Below, one piece after another: positions 9,322 through 21,462 of a DNA stretch of 64,000 bases (within the stretch, counting starts at the first letter, position 1; every line of letters starts with the position of its first letter). Both the position numbers and the translations under genes were made by a program. The notes below the pieces were generated by a model. The model was not told the DNA's origin, ran no database searches, and saw only the letters and a list, made by a program, of their open reading frames with translations. This DNA comes from Nitrososphaerales archaeon. Lineage in GTDB: Archaea > Thermoproteota > Nitrososphaeria > Nitrososphaerales > UBA213. The DNA lies in assembly GCA_965197925.1 (NCBI GenBank), contig CBDAOC010000018.1, positions 128,001 through 192,000 of the forward strand, read 5' to 3'.

Positions 9322-11611
9322 TTGAGGGATACATTCTTTGTAGGAATCGTAGCGGGTATACTTGTGCTTGCATTCACTTTACCCATCCTCTTGGGACATA
9401 ATGAAGCTGTTAGTTTGGAAATGGAAAATGAAGGAACTGCGCAAGAGATGATAGAAGAAGAATTTGGTAGGCATTTAGTTGACACCGAAACCATAAATCT
9501 TCATGACTGGATAAATCCAGGTGATTTCATCCTTCTAATAGACATCACAACATACTTGTCTGAAGAGGGACATGTTGCAATAAAAGTTCCATGTGGACCT
9601 GATGGTGAACAACTTTTAACTCTACTCACTGGTGTGGCACCAGATGTTGCTCCTGTAAAAATGGAGTATGTTGCCCCACTTTCGAATCCACCATTATCAT
9701 GTGTTTATCATGCAGATATAGGCGAAGGTATTACAGATATCGCTCTAGCAAACACGTCGGAAGAAAGAGTTCGCTTCCACGGTAATGCTGGATATACTGC
9801 AACCATAACGATACATGGTGAAAAAGGTGAAGGACATGCATTACTGCATATGACTACTCACGTCTTTTATGCAACACTGAAGACTGGAAATGCCGTCACT
9901 GCCATACCCGATGATGAACAATGGTTTGCGGGTAAAAGTATGACGAAGTCATCCCAATACTCTCCAATACATCATAATCGACGAAATGATAACAAATGCC
10001 AGATAGTTTTGTGCATTCTTCTCATATCTGATCCTGGTTCTGTGGAACCCATTCTTCAACCAGGCAAAGAATCTCTCCACAACATAGCGCGTCTTGCCGT
10101 ATAGGTATTGTTCTGTATTATCATTTTGTTGTTGTGTCTTACTGTTTTTTCTGTAAGGTATGCAGTCAGAGATTTTTCTTTTGGTGAGGTATTTCCTGAT
10201 GAATTCTGCATCATAGCCCTTGTCTGCTTGGCACCGCGCAATTTTTCTGATAGATCTCTCATCCAGATATTGTGAGATGCCATCCATCACGTCTACAAAT
10301 CTTGCAGAGTCATGCTGATTTGCAGGACCCATCACTACTGAGACTGGCAGTCCGTTTTGTTCCACCGCAACGTGTATTTTTGTGCCTGAAATCCTGTTGA
10401 ATCCGTTGTATCCTATGACGCTTCCCCTTTTTTGGCCGGAACTGATGACGAATCGACCGTTTTTTGCAGCTGCATCTTGCCTGATCTGTGGGCTGATTTG
10501 ACTGCAGCGGAGAGGATATTCTTCCATATTCCACGTCGCTGCCAGTTCTGCAGTCTGCGGTGCGCAGTTGATTTGGAGCCGTACCTTTGTGACATCCCAG
10601 TCCACCTGCATCCTGTTATCCCGACAAACAGGATTCCGTTGACTGTCTTTCTGTCGTCTGCCCTTGGCCTTCCGGTTCTGGCTGGCTTGGGGAGATGCGG
10701 TGATATCATCTTCCATTGTTCACCTGTTATCTCCTGAAATTTCATGATCTGCTACGGGCAGCATTGCAAATAGATCCAAATGATCGTCAATTATTCACTA
10801 AATGATCAGTTTTGGGATCAGTTGGACATATATCTCCACTACGGTAGATAGACGCCTGACATTAGCAACCAGCAGCGGTGAAGACCAAGTGTATGCCTTT
10901 GATACTAGAACAGATGAATTGATCACTACCGTAAAAGTTGGCGAAACACCAAAGGGTATCAAGATCTCACCAGACGAGAAGTTGGCTTTTGTGGCCAATG
11001 AGGCCTCCGGCTCGATAAGTGTTATAGATTTGTCCACATGGAATGTTGTTAAAGAGATTCCAGTTGGTGAAATACCACATAATAGTATCTTCTCACCAGA
11101 TGGGAATCAAGCTTATGTTACCATCCAAGGGGGAGATGAAGTGGCGGTGATTGATGTGGAATCTCTCGAGAAGATTGCGTCGATCCCCTTAGAGAAGAAC
11201 TCGCACAATTTAGACATCACACCTGACGGCAAATACCTCTTCGTGGCAAACATTGGCACTAAGGATGTGGCTGTGATAGACCTCGCAAGTCATGAAGTCA
11301 TGAAGAAGATCGAGGTGAGTACAGGTCACCATGGGATAGATGTGTCACCTGATGGAGACCGAGTGTATGTTTCGGGGATAGGCTCCGATAAAGTGAATGT
11401 TATTGATACCGATACACTAGAACTGGTTAAGCAGATTACGGTTGGGGATGGTCCACATGGTTTACGAACTAGTCCCGACGATAGTCTTCTATATGTTGGT
11501 GTAACTACAACTAACGAGTTCGTTGTCATTGATACAAATAGTCTGGAGATCATCGAACGCATTCCAACAGGGAATGAGCCCTTTTGGATCGCAATGCCCG
11601 GTAATCCTTAA
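9322..11611 (+). pseudogene. Secreted YVTN/YncE beta-propeller protein split by IS5
   Basis: Signal-like N-terminus; removing IS 9945-10824 and one GAC copy restores ...FAGKSMTYISTTVDRR in frame; repeated SPDG..YV..VAVID blades. Confidence 0.85.
9945..10824 (-). mobile_element. IS5-family element, 880 bp, copy 1; two-ORF transposase (10413-10745 and 9949-~10430) joined by a probable -1 frameshift
   Basis: Imperfect terminal IR GAAGTCATCCCAATA / TTTTGGGATCAGTTG; GAC duplication on both sides; AAAAAAGGGG slippery site; motifs TGCRW, GTKIHVAVE, ADKGYD, RYVVERFFAW. Confidence 0.93.
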
Positions 11612-12576
11612 CGATAAGCAGAGATGGGAATGCCACATTTAGAAAATGTATGACAAACCTAACATGTAAACATCCAAAAATTCCTCTCATCGATGCGTCT
11701 CCGCATGATGTCTAACTCAATTGGAGAAAAATGTGTTTAGTCTCTCATTGAAGCAAGGATATTTGTCAAAGATCTTAAAAAGCAATTTCAATAATAATAA
11801 GATGGTGTTTGATGAAACATCAGGCATTTTAATTTGAAAATGAATGTATATGAACAACTTCTAGGAAACTTAACCCAAACTCTGGTAATTGTTGAACTCG
11901 GAGGATTGGGTGGGTTTATACTTTCATTTATTCATTGTTATTGCAGTTCTATTCCGATGGAAGGTCTATAACAATTTTTCTCACCAATAGAGATAAAGAA
12001 ATAATATAATTAGAACCTTGTACCTGCCTATCCAAGAACAGGAAATGGAAATCAAAGAATGGAAATCACCATATATATAACTTTACGACGTAACATTATA
12101 GTCGATAGAGGATATGTTCCGCTTAATTCTTGTTGCTAAAAAATAGATTTAAGAAGGTCTTCAGCAAATATCATGGGGAATACAATGATAAGTATAGTTA
12201 TTCAAGTTACTACATGGATGGAAGGAAACTACAATTAGAAATCATTTCGACATTCAATTGTAATAAGTCCAGACCATGGATTCCTACTTGGTGAGACCAT
12301 ATTCGAGCCCCACCAATCTTATAATATCTTTTTATCTTTTTTTTGACTTCAGGTTATGCCTCCCATTACTACCATGAAGGAAAATCGGGTAAGTTTGACT
12401 TGCTAAATGTGTGATATCAAATTTTCAATTCAGATTCAGAAAGATCCTAAACTTGAAGTCCATTGTTATGAATTGAAATACGATAATATGGATGAATTGT
12501 TACTTTTTAATGAAATGACTAAAACCAATCTTCTAAGTCTCAAAAGACTTACATTCCTGTAGAATTAAGTAAATTC

Positions 12577-13353
12577 ATGGCAAGAAGCAAGACAACATAC
12601 GTGATTGCAGCTGCGATATTTGCAGGGTTATCATTGGTAGCCTTGACGAACATCTTCTCAGATGAGATTGAAACTGAATTGACAAATGAATCAGAGGCAT
12701 ATGCTCAGTACAGTTCCCTAGTAGGGATTAGACAGAATATAATTACAGTATCAGGCTCTGCATCAACAGGGGGGGATCCAAACCGAGTAGTTATAAGCTT
12801 CGGTCTTGAGACGCAAGGAACCACCGCCTCTCAAGCAACTGAAGATAACGCTCAGAAGATGGATGCTGTTGTTAATGCTGTAAAGGAGCTTGGGATTGAT
12901 GATGACGAGATTAGCACATCGATGTTTTCGGTATCTCCAGTCTATGATAGAGACAGAAGATTCATCACTGGATATAGAACATCAAACATGCTTACTGTCA
13001 ACACAGACCAATTAGATAAAGCAAGTCAGATAATCGATACTGCTGTAGCTGCTGGAGCAAACAGAGTGAATAATGTGTTCTTCACACTCTCCGACGATCT
13101 TAGAAAGAGAGTTAGTGACCAGTTGATCGGCGAGGCTGTGAATGATGCAAAGATGAAAGCTGAATTAGCGTTACAACCACTAGGCAAGGAAATATTAGGA
13201 GTCAAGAGTGTTACACTGGAACATTTTGGAATACCCCAACCTGTATCATTTGATACAATTGCGATGGCGAAGAGCACAAAATCTCTACCAACACCGATCT
13301 TTGAATCTGAGCAACGAGTAACTATGAGTGTTAGTGTGATATTCCTGATCTAG
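12577..13353 (+). CDS. SIMPL (DUF541) domain protein
   Basis: N-terminal TM, ITVSGSAS, AVAAGANRVNNVFF, AVNDAKMKAE. Confidence 0.88.
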   Translation: MARSKTTYVIAAAIFAGLSLVALTNIFSDEIETELTNESEAYAQYSSLVGIRQNIITVSGSASTGGDPNRVVISFGLETQGTTASQATEDNAQKMDAVVNAVKELGIDDDEISTSMFSVSPVYDRDRRFITGYRTSNMLTVNTDQLDKASQIIDTAVAAGANRVNNVFFTLSDDLRKRVSDQLIGEAVNDAKMKAELALQPLGKEILGVKSVTLEHFGIPQPVSFDTIAMAKSTKSLPTPIFESEQRVTMSVSVIFLI

Positions 13354-13639
13354 AAGAGAAAGTATTTGTGAGAAGTTAAAACATACACCTCCATTTTTTT
13401 TGAAATATCAACTACTCAATCCATTAAGTATTGAATTCTTTTGGACCCACGAATAATATTTTCATACTAGTTTTGCAATTTTATGAACTATTAATTATAG
13501 GAATGATATCCCTGGTGATGCAGATTAGGGTAGTACTAATCTATTTGGAAACAGCTTCATTATAGCATGTCTCATAATTATTAACATTGCCCAATTTTCT
13601 AGATAGGAATTATCTTAGATCAGTTTCAAAATACTCCAT

Positions 13640-14430
13640 ATATGAAGGAAGGTAAGAAAAATATCGTGTCAAAGATATTATATATTCTTGATGATCTTTA
13701 AGAAGAATTCAAATTGATACTTCCAAAGAAACGAACGCAATTAGAAGTACTACGATAAAGAGTAGTGATGGGTAGTATTAATTTTTCTGAGAAGTGGATC
13801 CAGTGACAAAAGATATCCAAGGACTATTCCAAGTTCGCATTATCGTGGAAGTTTCCTAAGTAAAATGAAATAATGGTTTTTTAGTAGATGTAGAATAAGC
13901 CCCTAAAGTGGTATGATACATTGAATGGTCAATGATCAGAGGTGAAATTATTAGATAGTGCTTCAGAATGTTCTATAAAAGGAGGAACCGGCTAAAAATA
14001 CAAGGGAAAGCAAGCTACCACTAGATACTTACATTCTAGTTGAATTGAATAGATTACTTCACACATCTAAAGGTACTGAAATAATAGATCCTATATGAAA
14101 ACAGCCCTTCCTACAATAGACGGTAATATAACGAAAAATCTAAGTTAACCAGAATATCTGTTTGGATAATAGATACACCATTCAAGAATCAGAGGATGGT
14201 GTTAGAAGGTAGTATGCAAGTTACACTCGTTATAAGAGTAGAATGTTCAAAGAGAATTTGGGGAAATTTCGATCAGTTGTATCTTTGGGGAACAAGAGTT
14301 TTCTGTTCATATTACATATTAGCTAAAGTCGAGCCATCGGATAGGGTATACATCATATTAGTTAGCTCTCACTCTTTCTAATAAACAGTCAGAAAACCAT
14401 GCGGCTAGTGAGAAATCAATACTGTATTGC
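13640..14430 (+). pseudogene. Heavily degraded IS5-family remnant related to the 21463-22514 element
   Basis: From 13667 translates VSKILYILDDL*EEFKLILP, resembling MPTIWHIPDNLWEEFKLVLP; LRSG-QW-like segment follows; boundaries approximate. Confidence 0.6.
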
Positions 14431-14494
14431 ATTATAAAATAGAACCTGAGATTCTTTAGAAAAATATTTGAGGAACATATATACAATAAACACT

Positions 14495-14998
14495 ATGAAT
14501 AAAGGAAATCTACTGGTTGCTACATTCGCAGCGGGCTGCTTTTGGGGAGTTGAAGAGAGCTTCAGGCAGATAAAAGGCGTTAAATCAACCATGGTGGGGT
14601 ACATTGGAGGAACGATGGATAACCCTACATATGCAGAGGTTTGCTCTGGCAGGACAGGACATGCAGAAGCTGTTCAAATACACTATGATACAAAAGAAGT
14701 TTCTTATGAACAACTCCTTGATATATTTTGGTCGATTCATGACCCCACAACCAAGAACAGACAGGGTCCTGATATAGGTACACAATACCGCTCTATGATT
14801 TCTTACCACATTCCTAAACAGGAAGCACTTGCCAACAAGTCAAAGGAGGAAATCGAAAGGTCGGGAAAATTCAAGAGTGCTATCGTGACAGAGATCCTCC
14901 CTGCATCAAAGTTCTACAAAGCGGAGGAATACCACCAACAATATTACAAGAAGAAAAGCGGTGGTATCTGCTATCCTATGAGAGAGATAGGGCAATAG
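14495..14998 (+). CDS. msrA: Peptide methionine sulfoxide reductase A
   Basis: [45 protein letters not shown]. Confidence 0.97.
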   Translation: MNKGNLLVATFAAGCFWGVEESFRQIKGVKSTMVGYIGGTMDNPTYAEVCSGRTGHAEAVQIHYDTKEVSYEQLLDIFWSIHDPTTKNRQGPDIGTQYRSMISYHIPKQEALANKSKEEIERSGKFKSAIVTEILPASKFYKAEEYHQQYYKKKSGGICYPMREIGQ

Positions 14999-15428
14999 AA
15001 CTACTATTGAGGAATGGGCTCTGTAGAAACCATACCAAAAATACAGTTAATCTATGCATGTTGTAGGCAATTACTCTGCAGAACAGCTCCCTGTTCTGCA
15101 TTCTAACAGATCTTGATAGTATATGCTCACCAAACATTCTCTTTACCACAGACAGTATGGTTTCTACAGAGCCATAAACTGGGAAACCTTACCCATTGTT
15201 TTGTCAAAAGTATCATTAGAGAATTCTTAGAGAATACAATCTTGAAGCTAGTGCTACTAGACCTTGTAATATCTGTAAACCAGGGCAAGAAATATCAATA
15301 CTTAAGGAAATTAAGGGAGTACTTGATCCTGTTAGATGATTCTGCTTGAGTCACGTCTTACGCGGGAAAATTTTCTTTATTTTCCACTAGAATCCATCAG
15401 TAAAAAAATAATATGGGTTAACTTCTCC

Positions 15429-15780
15429 TTAAGCTTTCCCGCTCGCTTCAGAAAATATTTTCCTAAACTTTGAATCCAGTTCTTTCTTGGCTTCCGACTG
15501 ATTAACCATAGACTGCCAATACTTACCAAATGATTCTATTACCGCATCAGCTGCCTCATCCAGTGAGGATCCCCACAATGATTCAATCCTCTTTCTTAAC
15601 CTCTCCACATGTGCCTCGTGCATCGCTTGGAAGAATGCCTTATGCCACCCTTGTTTTGCATGTTCTACAGGATCCATTGTTTGACAACATTCAGAGCCAC
15701 AACAATCCTCATATGATTTTCCTGATCCACAAGCGCAAGTTTCACCTTTTCCTGTGGTACATGATTGACTCGCATTCCAT
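15429..15780 (-). CDS. Small protein with N-terminal SEC-C-like metal-binding motif (start codon out of frame)
   Basis: In-frame extension upstream of ORF 15429-15677 reads ...GETCACGSGKSYEDCCGSECCQTMDP; ATG at 15778-15780 is off by one base. Confidence 0.6.
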
Positions 15781-15871
15781 GTATCTAACTATCTCTTTAC
15801 CATCTACTATACAAAGGTAAGTATATAAATTGGTAAGTGACTAATTGGTAATGAGATGAAGTGGTAGTAAG

Positions 15872-16282
15872 TTGAATGAGCAACAGTTAGAGTGGGCCAA
15901 AAAGAATATGAAGTGCTGTCCCATTGGAAATACATTTAGAATAATAGGTAAAAAGTTCACTTTCTTGATATTACGTAATATGATGAATTTTAACCAGACT
16001 AGATTCAATCAATTTATTGCTTCAATTAAAGGAATAAACCCAAAGACACTTTCTATTAGATTAAGGGAAATGGAGAGGGATGGCTTGATAGAAAGAAAGA
16101 TCTATCCTGAGACTCCAATAAGGATCGAGTATCATGTTACGGAGAAAGGAGAGGCGTTGAGGCCCATTCTGAAGACAATGGCAGATTTTGCGATGGAGTA
16201 TTGTTGCAACGATGTATTTAGGGATGGAAAACCAAGAACATTCCAACAAGTTTTTGGTAGATCGATGAAAGTTCCATCTTAG
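15872..16282 (+). CDS. HxlR-family winged-helix regulator
   Basis: CPIGNTFRIIGKKF, INPKTLSIRLREMERDGLI, EYHVTEKG. Confidence 0.9.
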   Translation: MNEQQLEWAKKNMKCCPIGNTFRIIGKKFTFLILRNMMNFNQTRFNQFIASIKGINPKTLSIRLREMERDGLIERKIYPETPIRIEYHVTEKGEALRPILKTMADFAMEYCCNDVFRDGKPRTFQQVFGRSMKVPS

Positions 16283-16497
16283 AAGGAAAAGATCCTTAAA
16301 TGTAGGAAGTAAATAATTAAAATTTTCATCCTAAATAGTATCATAATAATGGTGTATGTTCAAGATTAGGTTGAACTAGTGGATATTATCTAGACCCGTT
16401 ATCAACTTGAAATAATTTGTTTGCTTACGATTGTATGATGTAATAAATTACAGCCTTACCTTTTTATAGTATGTGCTAAAAGGTAAGGCGGTAGAAT

Positions 16498-16689
16498 ATG
16501 AAATCTGAAGAGAGTATGATGGATGGAATAATTGCAGAAGCGAAGAGGATGTATCAAAAGATGTCTTTAACTGAGTTGTTGACAGAAGAAAACATGGTTA
16601 CAGAATTCCTGAATAGAAGTAAGGTGGGTTCTGCACACATCAGAATACAGAAAATTCTTCGCTCAGAGATAGAATGTAGATTACGATAG
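16498..16689 (+). CDS. Hypothetical protein (63 aa)
   Basis: ATG start with upstream TTTTATA; plausible composition. Confidence 0.5.
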   Translation: MKSEESMMDGIIAEAKRMYQKMSLTELLTEENMVTEFLNRSKVGSAHIRIQKILRSEIECRLR

Positions 16690-17227
16690 AAATTTTGAGA
16701 GCCAGAGCCTTATACACAGTGGAAAAAATGATGGCTTGATCAGTGATATATTTGGCTATGATAATCATACCATATATATTTCATATATTCTTAACCTCAG
16801 GTTAAACAATTCGAGTTTGGAATCTAAACAAATATACCATGTATTGATTAAAGAAGATTAGAGTCAGAACAATCTATTTTGTACCTTATCTAAACCGGAT
16901 CATATACATATAGAATAGGAAAATGACCTATTCTTTTCCTTTTAGTTAATCATATCCATCTAAAGTTCGTGTTTTTATTATTTAATTATAGGTCTAATTA
17001 AGATTATGGATGAACTACTAAATTCGTGTGGATCATTAGAAAGATTAACAATATCACCCCCCACTGATTTTCATTGATGATTTTGTTTTATTAAACACAA
17101 TATGTATCACAGCCTTCTATTATAGCAGTTTATTGAAGAGGAGCTTATTACAATCATTAAATTGATTTTCTTCAATAACAAATATCATTAGGAAATTCGT
17201 AGAATATACTTAAGTTGTGATTGATAA

Positions 17228-17791
17228 TCAAATTTTTGACCCCGCCCATCTTTTGAAGATCTCGTGCTCAATGTTGAATTGATCCAAAACCTTACCTACA
17301 ATATGGTTCAGTAATTCATCTATACTCTTTGGCTTATGATAAAAGCCAGGCATAGCCGGCAATATTGTAGCCCCCATTTTTGCCAAATTCAACATATTTG
17401 AAAGATGTATGCTTGTAAGAGGTGTTTCCCTGGGAACCAAAACCAACCTCCTAGATTCTTTTAGCGTTACCGAAGCAGCTCTTGAGATCAGAGTATCTTC
17501 ATAACCAGTAGCAATACTGGCCAATGTCTTCATGCTACATGGTATAACAGCCATACCTTCTGTTTTGTATGATCCGCTAGATGGTTTAGCCGCTAGGTCG
17601 TTGTTGTCGTACATGTAATCTGCAAGGGATCTAACATAAGAAGGTAGTTTGTCAGTTTCAATCTTTATACATTCATCTGCCCATTTGCTTAGTATAAGAT
17701 GTGTTTCTATTTTCAAAATCTTTAGAATCTCTAACATTCTTACCCCGTAAGCAACGCCGGAACTACCACTTATTCCTACTAGCATTCGCAT
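17228..17791 (-). CDS. ubiX: Flavin prenyltransferase UbiX
   Basis: LVGISGSSG, SSGS, PCSMKTLASIA, LVLVPRETP, PAMPGFY; start trimmed to MRMLVG. Confidence 0.93.
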   Translation of the reverse strand: MRMLVGISGSSGVAYGVRMLEILKILKIETHLILSKWADECIKIETDKLPSYVRSLADYMYDNNDLAAKPSSGSYKTEGMAVIPCSMKTLASIATGYEDTLISRAASVTLKESRRLVLVPRETPLTSIHLSNMLNLAKMGATILPAMPGFYHKPKSIDELLNHIVGKVLDQFNIEHEIFKRWAGSKI

Positions 17792-18339
17792 ATACATTAA
17801 GTTTTCAACCTGATATTTAATTAATACCATTGAATCATGGTTGACATTATGTTCTACTTGTTGGCATTGGTTATATTGTAGATACCAATGAATAAATATG
17901 CAAAAGTTAGAAAAAAACAATTTGTAACTCGGAAGGAGAAAAACACTTCTACATTCTTTGAGGTTTCTTACCAGAGTCCACTTCCAATGTTTTATTGCAT
18001 TCAAATGTATTAGTATACTAAATTCTATTATTTGAAATTTTTTATAATGTGTTTGCTTCGCTAAGAAAGCCCAAGATTAGTCTTGCGGTTAGGATATTGA
18101 GTTCCTTAACTTCTTTCCCCTTGTTGCCTTACGTTTACCTCTAGGGAGATTAATCACTTTAACAGGTTCTCATTTTCTTCATTGATCTTCTAATTTATTA
18201 TATCCCTCAAAAATTCCCTAAATGTTGAATAAGATTATATCAGTAATAGACAACCAGGACCCAATTCTAATTAGACATAGCATAACAATAATTGTATTAC
18301 AAGATTGTTCATCTATAACAGACAGGAATCAGTAAACTA

Positions 18340-18416
18340 TGACAACCTCAGGAAATACGTATGTTAACATTCACACTACAGGAAATCCTGGTGGAGAAAT
18401 TCGAGGTCAGATCTAA
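18340..18416 (+). pseudogene. CHRD-domain C-terminal remnant
   Basis: Translates GNTYVNIHTTGNPGGEIRGQI*, the CHRD signature; no intact upstream frame. Confidence 0.65.
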
Positions 18417-18922
18417 AAGAACTATTCTGTACCAGTCACACCAATCAACTTTAATGTGATTCGAATTAATTCAGCTCGAACAAGAGTCATTATGGGGCTT
18501 TAAGATTAGGTTGCTGCTAGGACGGTTCCAATTATGTAAGAATATTCTTGAAAAACTAGTCAGAACGACGAGATACTTTTAGACTGTGAAGCTAGTAACT
18601 AATCGCAAAACGTAAAACCATCTTTTTTATTTTTGTTCATAATTTAGACATAGTCATCCAAAATAATTCTACACCACTATTAGACTTCTAATGGAGTAAC
18701 TAGAACATACTTGTTCAATTAATGAAGTGATATGTCGAATGGATAGATGGATATCACAATAGATGAATTATATTAATTTTATTGCTGATTTATGGGCTGT
18801 AGTTTACAAAGTTTCAATACAATACCTTGATGAATTAACTTATAAATATGACACAGATAAGAAAAAATGAAATATACGAGCGTATCTTGGGCATTTATGT
18901 TGTGAATCCATAAAGTTTCGAT

Positions 18923-19582
18923 TTAATTTAAAAATATTTTATGAATGCTTTCTTTGGTCAAATGTAGTTTGTAAATATCATCATTTTTTATAACAAAGAT
19001 TCTATCATGCATCAAAAGGAGTTCAATCATATCTGTAATATCTGAATTCATTAAATCACTAGCTTTGTATGGACAAAACATTAAACCTGGAAGTCTAGCA
19101 TCATCATATTTTCTTTCAAGCTCTATTGCATGTTTAAAAGAATTATCTGCAATGTCAGTTATCATAAAATCAATACAGCATAATGGTCGATTCTTTGATG
19201 CTTTAACAAAATTTTGAACAACTTGATCACAATATCTTGAACTATCTACACCATGCGGTTTATATGGTTTAACAGTTGCATTGTACCAATTAAGTTTGGA
19301 TAGAATTTCTTCTGTATGATGTTTAGGCGGTGCTGCAAATGATTTGAACCATTCAGTATTACTTGTCATTCTGTCTAACGATTTTAGAAAATTATTCATT
19401 GATTTTTCATCAGAGTAAATTAACAAATCATGCACATGAGGCACATGTGTTTTTTTATTCAGCCATTGTTCAACTGCATCTTTTACTATTGAATTAATTG
19501 AAACTCCCATTTGATCTGATTTTTTACCAAGCTCTGTGTGAACGTTATCATCAAATCCTCTAATCAGAATATCTTTTGTCAT
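18923..19582 (-). CDS. Putative regulator with N-terminal RHH-like domain
   Basis: DILIRGFDDNVHTEL..GVSINSIVKDAVEQWL resembles an RHH; divergent from the osmC-SDR pair. Confidence 0.6.
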   Translation of the reverse strand: MTKDILIRGFDDNVHTELGKKSDQMGVSINSIVKDAVEQWLNKKTHVPHVHDLLIYSDEKSMNNFLKSLDRMTSNTEWFKSFAAPPKHHTEEILSKLNWYNATVKPYKPHGVDSSRYCDQVVQNFVKASKNRPLCCIDFMITDIADNSFKHAIELERKYDDARLPGLMFCPYKASDLMNSDITDMIELLLMHDRIFVIKNDDIYKLHLTKESIHKIFLN

Positions 19583-19613
19583 GATATTATTTGTGCATAG
19601 GGATATATAAATT

Positions 19614-19668
19614 ATGATATCATGATAGCATATTCCATAACATTAATATAATGATATCATGATAGCAT
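19614..19668. promoter_or_regulatory. Duplicated near-palindromic 18-bp operator in a divergent promoter
   Basis: ATGATATCATGATAGCAT at 19614-19631 and 19651-19668, 16/18 self-complementary. Confidence 0.7.
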
Positions 19669-19672
19669 TATT

Positions 19673-20257
19673 ATGAAACCAAAACAAACCCAAACAAAAA
19701 TAGTAAATGGTGTTAATGTCACTCAACTTTTTGATACGATTGACAACATCAAAAAAGAACCTAAAATTGCGAAATTCAATTTCAGGGCAAAAAATAAGTG
19801 GATAGGCGGAACAGAAAATCATACAACTGTTTCAGACTATTATGGTGCATGCCAAACCCACACAAGAAGCAAACCACACATCTTCATAAAAGATGAAGTT
19901 CCAATTCTTTTGGGAACTGACAAAGGTGCAAATCCAGTGGAATATCTTCTTGCAGGATTGGCAGGTTGTATTACAACTAGCCTAGTGGCTCATGCAGCAG
20001 CCAAAGGAATCAAAATTGATTCAATCGAATCTACTCTTGAAGGCGACATTGATCTTCTAGGATTTCTGCAATTAGATGAAAACGTAAATCCTGGATATCA
20101 AGGAATCAACATTTCCTTTAAGATAGAGTCTGATGCTTCTGAAGAAACTCTACTAGAGCTAATAGAACTTGCAAAGAAAGCATCTCCAGTAGCAAATACT
20201 ATATCGAAACCCACCCCAATTAATGTGAGGTTAGCAAAACAAGGAGAATCAAGGTGA
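19673..20257 (+). CDS. OsmC-family protein
   Basis: DEVPILLGTDKGANPVEYLLAGLAGC, LEGDIDLLGFL, SPVANTI. Confidence 0.9.
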   Translation: MKPKQTQTKIVNGVNVTQLFDTIDNIKKEPKIAKFNFRAKNKWIGGTENHTTVSDYYGACQTHTRSKPHIFIKDEVPILLGTDKGANPVEYLLAGLAGCITTSLVAHAAAKGIKIDSIESTLEGDIDLLGFLQLDENVNPGYQGINISFKIESDASEETLLELIELAKKASPVANTISKPTPINVRLAKQGESR

Positions 20258-21003
20258 AAGCATTGATTGTTGGTGGCTCTAGCGGTATTGGAAAAGAAAC
20301 AGCGAAACTCCTCTTACAGAGAAATGTAGAGGTTGAATTAATTGCCAATAATCCAAATAAACTTGAAAAAACAAAAAAAGAACTTGAACAATTTGGTAAT
20401 GTTCATACAGAAAGTGTAAATCTGTATGAACAAGACCAAGTTAACAAATTTATTGAAAAAATTCGAAGGGATGAACAACATATTAAATACTTTGTCAATG
20501 CCGCGGGTACCTTCAATCCCAAACCATTTTTAGAACACAACAAATCTGATTACGACCAATACGTAGAACTTAACAAAAGTTTCTTCTTCATCTCCCAAGC
20601 AGTTGCTGAAAACATGAAAAAAAATGGTGGAGGTTCCATTGTAAACATCGGTTCAATGTGGGCAAAACAAGCCATTAAAGCAACTCCCTCATCGGCATAT
20701 TCAATGGCAAAAGCTGGATTGCATTCCCTAACACAACACCTTGCGATGGAACTTGCAGAACACAAAATTCGGGTTAATGCAGTATCACTAGCAGTAGTAA
20801 TAACTCCAATCTATAACAAATTCATTGAGCCAGATAAAGTCAAAGAAACGTTAGCATCGTTTAATGACTTTCATCCTCTTGGGAGAGTGGGAAAACCCAA
20901 AGACGTTGCTTCTGTAATAGATTACTTGTTATCAGATAAATCAGATTGGATAACAGGAGTAATCTGGGACGTAGATGGCGGTGTTATGGCTGGAAGAAAT
21001 TAA
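20254..21003 (+). CDS. SDR-family oxidoreductase
   Basis: GGSSGIG, VNAAG, YSMAK catalytic motif, DVDGG. Confidence 0.93.
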   Translation: MKALIVGGSSGIGKETAKLLLQRNVEVELIANNPNKLEKTKKELEQFGNVHTESVNLYEQDQVNKFIEKIRRDEQHIKYFVNAAGTFNPKPFLEHNKSDYDQYVELNKSFFFISQAVAENMKKNGGGSIVNIGSMWAKQAIKATPSSAYSMAKAGLHSLTQHLAMELAEHKIRVNAVSLAVVITPIYNKFIEPDKVKETLASFNDFHPLGRVGKPKDVASVIDYLLSDKSDWITGVIWDVDGGVMAGRN

Positions 21004-21462
21004 TGCTTTAACCTGTGAGTCTAAAATTAAACTAAATATTCACCAATGTTGATGGTTTCAATAAAACAAAAAACGTACCGCTATAACTGACCGTAAAAAT
21101 GAACTATACTGTCACTTTTCAACAACTTACCGTGAACTCTTCTCAGAAATACCCACGGGATATAGAAAATAAAAATTGGTAGGGGTTATGAAACCACCCC
21201 AATAGCTTACTGCCGCTTTTACAACGTAGTAATACTAATCTCTGTCATCTCTAATCCAGAAGTACTACCAAATGATTGAGTTTGTAAATGAAGTATAGAT
21301 TGACTCACTTAGAAGAAAGTATGGTCAGCTATAGTTAAGGCCAATCTGCGGAATTGGTTTGATATCTACGGTGAAATATCAACATCAAAATTAGCAAGGG
21401 ATTTACCAGTAGTGGTGAAGATTGTGTGTACCTAACACCTTCAAACACTGCTAAACGGCTTA

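Noticed and set aside
9945..10104. C-terminal part of ORF 9322-10104 and N-terminus of ORF 10802-11611
   Set aside because: Both are read-through into IS5 sequence
17792..18004. Long N-terminal extension of UbiX
   Set aside because: UbiX homology starts at MRMLVGISG; extension looks non-coding
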